Source: Carpediemonas membranifera BICM
Lineage: Eukaryota > Protista > Fornicata
NCBI GenBank assembly: GCA_019828565.1
Contig: JAHDYR010000001.1
Span: forward strand, 434,001-498,000
Direction: 5' to 3'
Length of the DNA stretch: 64,000 nucleotides
A program made the position numbers and the translations under genes. Under the pieces are notes generated by a model. That model did no database searches, had not been told where the DNA came from, and worked only from the letters and a program-made list of their open reading frames with translations. Numbering within the stretch: position 1 is the first letter of the stretch; the number at the start of each line of letters is the position of its first letter. This document shows positions 58,323 to 64,000 of this stretch, piece by piece.

Positions 58323-58874
58323 CCCCACTTGACTCCAGATGCGTCTGTCGATACGACGAGGTCTAAGGAGGGGTGAGCGCCCCAAAGCGACTGAAGCTCT
58401 CTGATGTCTCGGACTGGGCGCTCTCTTAGCAGTAGCAGCCACTCTTGCAGTAGCTCCTTGGAGAGTGGGTCCTGTTGAAGGTGTCTCAGCCGGAGGAAAG
58501 CCCCGTGGGCGGTTGTAGCGAAGTAAGTCAGTCTCCCGAGGATCTTGGCCCAAGTCTCCTGATCGATGGTCTTGCCTGCCAGAGCCTGATGAATGTGAGA
58601 GGAGTAACGTTTGGCCTTGTCCGCCGGGAGGCGTATTGTAAAACTCGCGGAGTCTATCACGAGCCCCAGATAGACCAATGACTGAGTCGGTGCCCATTCT
58701 GACTTCTCCTCTGAGGTGAGGACACAGAGGTCGGCTAGAGTCCGCCTGATGCGCGGCACCGCCCTCCTCAGGATTTCTCGGTCGCGGTGAAATAAGAGGA
58801 AGTCGTCGAGGTAGACAACGATGGTAAGACCCGTCCGAAGGGCTAGTATCTTGGCGAGTTGGTTGGTGATCGTC

Positions 58875-61800
58875 TGTGCCGGGGCGAAGAGATTGGAACA
58901 TTTACATAAACTGCGGACGTGGATGCCTTATGACATCCTACCCCCCTTAAGCTTGAGCTTGTGGGACTTGAGGTAGTCACGTGCCGCAGTGACGTGGCGG
59001 AGCCCGTCAGCGGGTTCCCATGTGGGATCGTAGTCGCCCTCCCAGCAGACGAGGAGCTGCAGTGTGCCGTTGCGGCGACGGTGCTTCTCGATGCCTTGCA
59101 CGACGTACGTCTGCTCGTCGGAGGCGGCGAGGTTCTTCAGGCGGCTGAGCCCCGACTTGGTGTTGAAAGGAAGGACCTGGTCTACGTGAGCCATGAAGGG
59201 GGCGCTCTCGAAAAGGTCGACCAGCTGAAGGGTGTTGTTGTCCTTGATGGCGAGAATCTTGAACGGGCCGGCGAAGCCATGCAGCTTTGGGGTCTTCGTC
59301 CGGTTGAGCAGGACGAGGTCGCCTTCCTTGAAGCTAGTCGGCTGGCGGTCGGCGTTGGCCTTGGCGAGGCGCTTGTCTACAGTCTCGCGCTGCTTCTCGG
59401 CCGCCCTAGAGGTCAACTTGGAGAGGTGGGCTCGAAGTAAAGTGATGTAGGCTGAGGCTGAGGCAAGGGGCGAGTCATTGTCGCTCGGTCGGAGGATTCT
59501 AGCGACTGTGGAGCTGGGGTCGAGTTGGTCTCCATACAGCATGGCGTGGGGTGTGACCCCAGTGGCGCTGCAGGTGGTTGTGTTCAGCAGCAGCTGAACT
59601 ACCGGAAGGAGGTCGCTCCAACGGGAGAACTTGTCGAATTGGAGGATCAAACAGCGAAGATGCTTCATGACCTCCGCGTTACGACGCTCTACCAGCCCAT
59701 TCGACTGAGGGTGGTAGGGGAGGGTGAATTGCTGGGTGATGTCCGCGCTTTCGAGCAGGGCCTTGACGACGTTGCCGGTGAACTCAGGCCCGTTGTCGGA
59801 CTTGATGAACAGGGGAGTCCCATGACGGGTAATCACCTGGCGCCAGAGGGCCTCTGACGCTGCATCAGCTGTGTTCTCGTCCGTCGCGGCCAACTCAGTG
59901 TAGCGAGTAAACATATCGACCATAACTGTGATGTATCTGGAGCCGACTGCGTCTGCCGGGATTGGACCAATAGTATCCACTGCGACAGTGTGGAACGGTT
60001 TGTACACTGCTGTTGTGCGGAGCTCTGCCTCGGCGAAGTTGCGTAGGCGAGCTTTCTGGCACTCGTCACATGAGGCGATGAACTCCTCGACATCTGTTGT
60101 GCAGCCTGTCCAGGTATAGCCGTCTGCTCTCAGGCGTTCGATGGTAGCCTTGGCGCCGTGGTGTCCTCTGTGGGCGATCTGTATCAGCTCCTTTCGGAGG
60201 GGTCTGCACACGGTTGAAGTAGGGATGACGACGAGGCCGTCATTGCGGCGAAGACCGTCGCTGTCTACGGTCAGCTTGGAGACGGTAGAGTCGTCTGTCT
60301 GGTGTTTGATGAGTGTGTCATGGTAGCGGGAGTCAGTCGTGATGGCTGCGACAGTGGGCGAGGTCAAGTGACCGCAGCGGCTCAGCGCGTCTGCGACTGC
60401 GTTCTGTAGGCCGGGAACGTGCTCGACATCGAACTTGTAGTCTGCTAATGTCAGTCTCCACCGGTTGATCTTGTCGTTCTCGGATGACTTGGCGATCATG
60501 TAAATAAGATTACGGTGGTCGGTCCGTAGGAGGAACCTCTTCAGGCGTAGGAGGGGTGACAGGGTCGGGTGTGTAAGGCAAAAGACAATGGCAAATAGCT
60601 CCTGCTCACACGTGGCCCAGCGCGACTGGGTTGACGTGAATGTGTGAGAGAAGTAGGCGAGGACCTGTGTCTTGTCGTCCTTTGTCTGCCATAGTACGCC
60701 GCCTGCTCCGATGTTGCTAGCGTCTGTCTCGAGCGTCCAGTCGGCGTCGGCGTCCGGATGTGCGATAAAGAGATCGTCAGTGAACAGGGTCTTCAGGCCG
60801 TCGAAAGCGGCGTCGTGCTCCGCTGTCCATTCCCACAGACGGTCCTTTTGCAGAAGATCGTTGAGAGGTCTCATGTACTCGTGTCGTGTATGGGGAACGA
60901 ATGATGCGAGGTACTGGAACTGTCCGAGGACTACGCGAAGCTCGTGGACGTTGGTGGGTGCAGGTAGATCGCGTAGGGCTTGGGTCCTGGCTGGGTCGAC
61001 GTGTACTCCGGCCTGGTCGACCGTAAAGCCGACAATCTTGGCGCTGGTGGTGCCGAAGACTCCCTTCTTGGCGCTGAACTGAACGCCTGCAGCGTCCGCG
61101 CGTGTGAGCAGGTCGCGGAGAATGCGTAGGAAGGAGTCATCGTCACGGGCGTAGATGAATATGTCGTCGATGTAGGGGTTGGCGCCCTTGTACAACAGTG
61201 GGGCGAGCATGCCTTCGATCTCCCGCTGGAAGTGAGAAGGCGCGTTGCAAAGGCCGAACGGCATCCTGAGGAATTCCTCGTAGACGCCCGGGGCGGTGAA
61301 GGCCGTCTTAGGCACGTCGTCTGGGTGCATGGCCACCTGCCAGTAGCCCGACGTCAGGTCTAGCGTCGCAAAGCGTGTGCAGCCCGACGCGAGGTTGAGG
61401 AGTTCTCGCATGTTGGGGATCGGGTGCCGGTCGGGTACTGTCCAAGAGTTGAGGCGGCCGTAGTCGATACAGAGACGGTAGGCGTCGCCCTTTGCGACCA
61501 GGACGATGGGGCTTGCGTAAGGCCCCTCAGAGGGCTGTGTGATCTCGTCCTGGCGCAGGCGCTCGACGTATGGCAACAGCCACTCCAGCTTCTTCGGGTG
61601 TAGGTTGCGCGGGCGAAGACGGATCGGAGGGGCGTTGTCGTAAAGCGGGATGCGCATAGGGGCAAACGAGCACGGCTGTTTGCTTATGACGGGGTCGAAT
61701 AGGTGATCGAACCGACGGAGGATCGAATGTAGCTCGTCGGTCTGGGCCTTGGTGGAGAGCTCGTGTATCTCACACGCGTCGGTGTGAAACTCGCTTGAGG

Positions 61801-63431
61801 AGACGGCCTCGACGAGGGCGTCGAGGTACTTGTGGAGTGGGAGGCCATCGGTGGCGTCCTCCGGGCGTGAATCCGGAAGAAGTGGGATGTGGAGGCCACT
61901 CTCGGAGAGATAACCGAGCGCGCGAAGCACGTCGCATCCAATGAGCACACGTTCAGTGGCGCGCGTCATGATGTAGAGGATGAGATCGACGATGACGTTT
62001 CCAGATGTGCTGGGCAACGTGATCCGCGCTTGGACGTAGTGAGTGATGAGGATGGGCTCATTGGTAACGGACTGAACAGTAAATGGCTTTTCAAGCTCAT
62101 GTGTGACGAGTTGGAGCGTCTTAACGGAGGTTGTGGAGATGATCGTGATTGCGGAGCCGCTATCGATCAATATCACCTGTTCTTGGTCATTCACAGCTCC
62201 CTTAACTGAGAATGCAGTTGAAGCGGCAACTTCTTCGATAAAGGCATCATCACAAGCATTGTGTGCGACTTCGACTTCGTGGACTCCTGGACGAGAGTTG
62301 ATCAGCTTGGATCTGTCCCGGAGCACCATGTTCCCAGCGCGTCTCTCGTCGGGGCGAGGTTGTGGCTGCTGGGATGACTGTTGCTGCTGCTTCTGAGCAG
62401 CTGGTGCCGGCTGTGGCTGAGCCGGTTTGTTGGCCGCTTGGGGCTGGCGTTGCGGGCCGCGGCGGGGTGGCCTTTGGTAGCCTGGGGCTGTCCGGGCGTG
62501 CTGCCGCGGTGCGGGCAATCAGCCTTCCAGTGCATGCCTCCACAGGAGCACGCGTATGGAGGAGGGCGCCGGCGCTCGCGGCTGGATCTGGTGTTGGCGT
62601 TCTGGCTATGTTTCGGGCCAGTGCTGGAGCTCGTGATGGAGCTCGTGCTGGAGGATGTGATGGATATGTCTTGAATCACGCTTCCGAGGACTTCACGGGC
62701 GTCAATGGCGTGCAGTATGAGCTCGCGCGTGTGCACAAATAAGCTATCGATGTCCCGGGCGCCAGAGAGGTCCCACTTTTGCTGAATACGGTTGGCAAGT
62801 GAGACCGGGCGAAGGGCGGCGATAAAAGCTTTGGCGATGATCTTATCGAGTCCGCGGGTGGGGCTGGCTTTTCTCGGGGTGTCCTGCTCACTCGGCGTGC
62901 TGTCTGGCTTCTGGGTGATGACCTTGCTGAGGGCGGCCTCGTCTTCATCCACCTCGGCGGCCTCGGGCTCTGGCTTGGCGCCGAGCTCGGCGTTGAGAAG
63001 GGCATGGGCGTGGGAGCGCAGCTCCTCGGTCTCAGCCATGAGACGAGATACGGCCTCGATCGTGGACTTGGTTCGGTCCTGCGTGAGGGCCCGGATTTCT
63101 TGGATGGTTTTCTCAAGGGTTCTCGGGAAAGAAAGAGCGGTGATTTCGGCGAGAAGTTCTGCGTCGTTGAGTGCTTCGACGTCGACGTTGCGGACAAATC
63201 GGACATGACTGACTTGATCCTCGGTGAGGCACTCGTAAGCCGTTATGACGGTTGTGGTAGGAGCATGCTTCTGCGCGAACGTGAGGGCGCGTTTGAACGC
63301 GCGAACGGACTCTCTAGAGAAGTCCGATAGTGATGGCGGAATCCAATTATTCATTTCGGAAAGTGATCACTGTGCCGGGGCGAAGAGATTGGAACATTTA
63401 CATAAACTGCGGACGTGGATGCCTTATGACA
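58875..63431 (-). mobile_element. Ty3/Gypsy chromodomain LTR retrotransposon D
   Basis: Identical 61-bp LTRs at 58875-58935 and 63371-63431 (TGTG...GACA). 4-bp TSD CGTC at 58871-58874 and 63432-63435. PPT AAGGGGGGTAGGA. Confidence 0.95.
58928..63354 (-). CDS. Element D gag (63354-62302) and pol (62518-58928)
   Basis: CSCGGMHWKADC, LIDSGS, YIDD, TDAS, ADALSR, HHG...CDEC, DTIGP, SDNGPEF, chromodomain TYVVQGIEKH...VCWEGDYDPTWEP. The stop codon lies inside the 3' LTR. Confidence 0.93.
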
Positions 63432-64000
63432 CGTCTGAAACACGAACGGCGATGCGCGCCAGCCGAAGCCTAGCACTCTGTACTGAAACGCTCGTCCGTC
63501 TGGAAGATAGACTCCTAGCAGCTTGCGGTCCTCCCTTCCGTACTGGTACTTGATGGTACCCGGACTTGAGGTCGAACTTGACCATCCAGTCGCCCCTCTG
63601 GAGAAGGGAGAGAGCTCTGCGCAGACCGTAGAGCCGGAAGGATGAGCGCTCTGCCGAGCAGTCGTTCAGTATCGTGAGGTTGTGAATGATCCTCTTCGAC
63701 TCGCCCTTCGGCACAGTAAACAGCGAGGCGGTGTGTCGCAGGGAAGAGGGATTCACTTGCTCTATGACGCCTGTCTCTATCAAGGAAGGAATCTGCTGGA
63801 CAATGAATGGGTCGACTGTCGGCTGTTGCCTTGGTGCTGGTGGTTGACTTCTCAGACGGATCTCGACCCCGTATCGTAACCAGTTGATCACCCGTTGTGA
63901 TGCTCCCAACCTCTGCCACTCCCCTCCACGCCGCGTTCATGCATGGAAAGAGGGTTAGGTGTGGGCTCTCTTGCCGGAGGATCCTGTCTGAGTGCGACCT

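Larger units (their letters stand above)
55010..64000 (-). mobile_element. DIRS-order element Y, interrupted by E and Gypsy D; 5' part runs off the window
   Basis: RT N-terminus 63950->63432 rejoins 58874->58327 (FVFQ|TITNQLAKILA, YLDDF). RH resumes at 56770 (STDASGVKWG|EQPC; INVKEL, SDNT). YR follows. Confidence 0.88.

Noticed and set aside
8016-63940. Scattered single-base frameshifts read as programmed frameshifting
   Set aside because: Most lie in G or C homopolymers and differ between near-identical copies, which fits consensus error or decay. The D gag-pol junction cannot be decided from sequence alone.

Overview
Eukaryotic, gene-dense protist-type DNA (one 28-nt GT-AG intron, very short intergenic spacers). 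A fornicate/Carpediemonas-like metamonad is my guess, but this is inference only. The first ~7 kb holds ordinary genes: an LRR protein, a DDX27/DRS1 DEAD-box helicase, a beta-tubulin pseudogene fragment and an MDR oxidoreductase. The rest is a nest of retroelements. (1) A giant FG-GAP + Cys-rich-repeat membrane protein gene (33849->6394, minus; ~8.5 near-identical 858-bp repeats) is split by chromodomain Gypsy element A, which contains an APE-RT LINE, which contains Gypsy B. (2) A truncated SMC-like gene precedes a tRNA-Leu(AAG). The exact 3' end of that tRNA is targeted by three head-to-tail CRE-like RT-RLE non-LTR elements, separated by a 12-bp duplication of the tRNA 3' end. (3) A tangle of DIRS/PAT-like tyrosine-recombinase elements (X, Y, remnant Z) hosts Gypsy C, Gypsy D and a gag-only LTR element E. 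The most striking signal: all five LTR families have tiny LTRs (61-96 bp; 117 bp candidate for C) and no tRNA-type (TGG...) primer-binding site. At the PBS position each has a different perfect 10-14 bp palindrome overlapping the last base(s) of the 5' LTR, with the gag ATG 12-27 nt after the LTR. This suggests an undescribed tRNA-independent, palindrome/dimer-based priming mechanism. Many single-base frameshifts sit in homopolymers and may be consensus errors.
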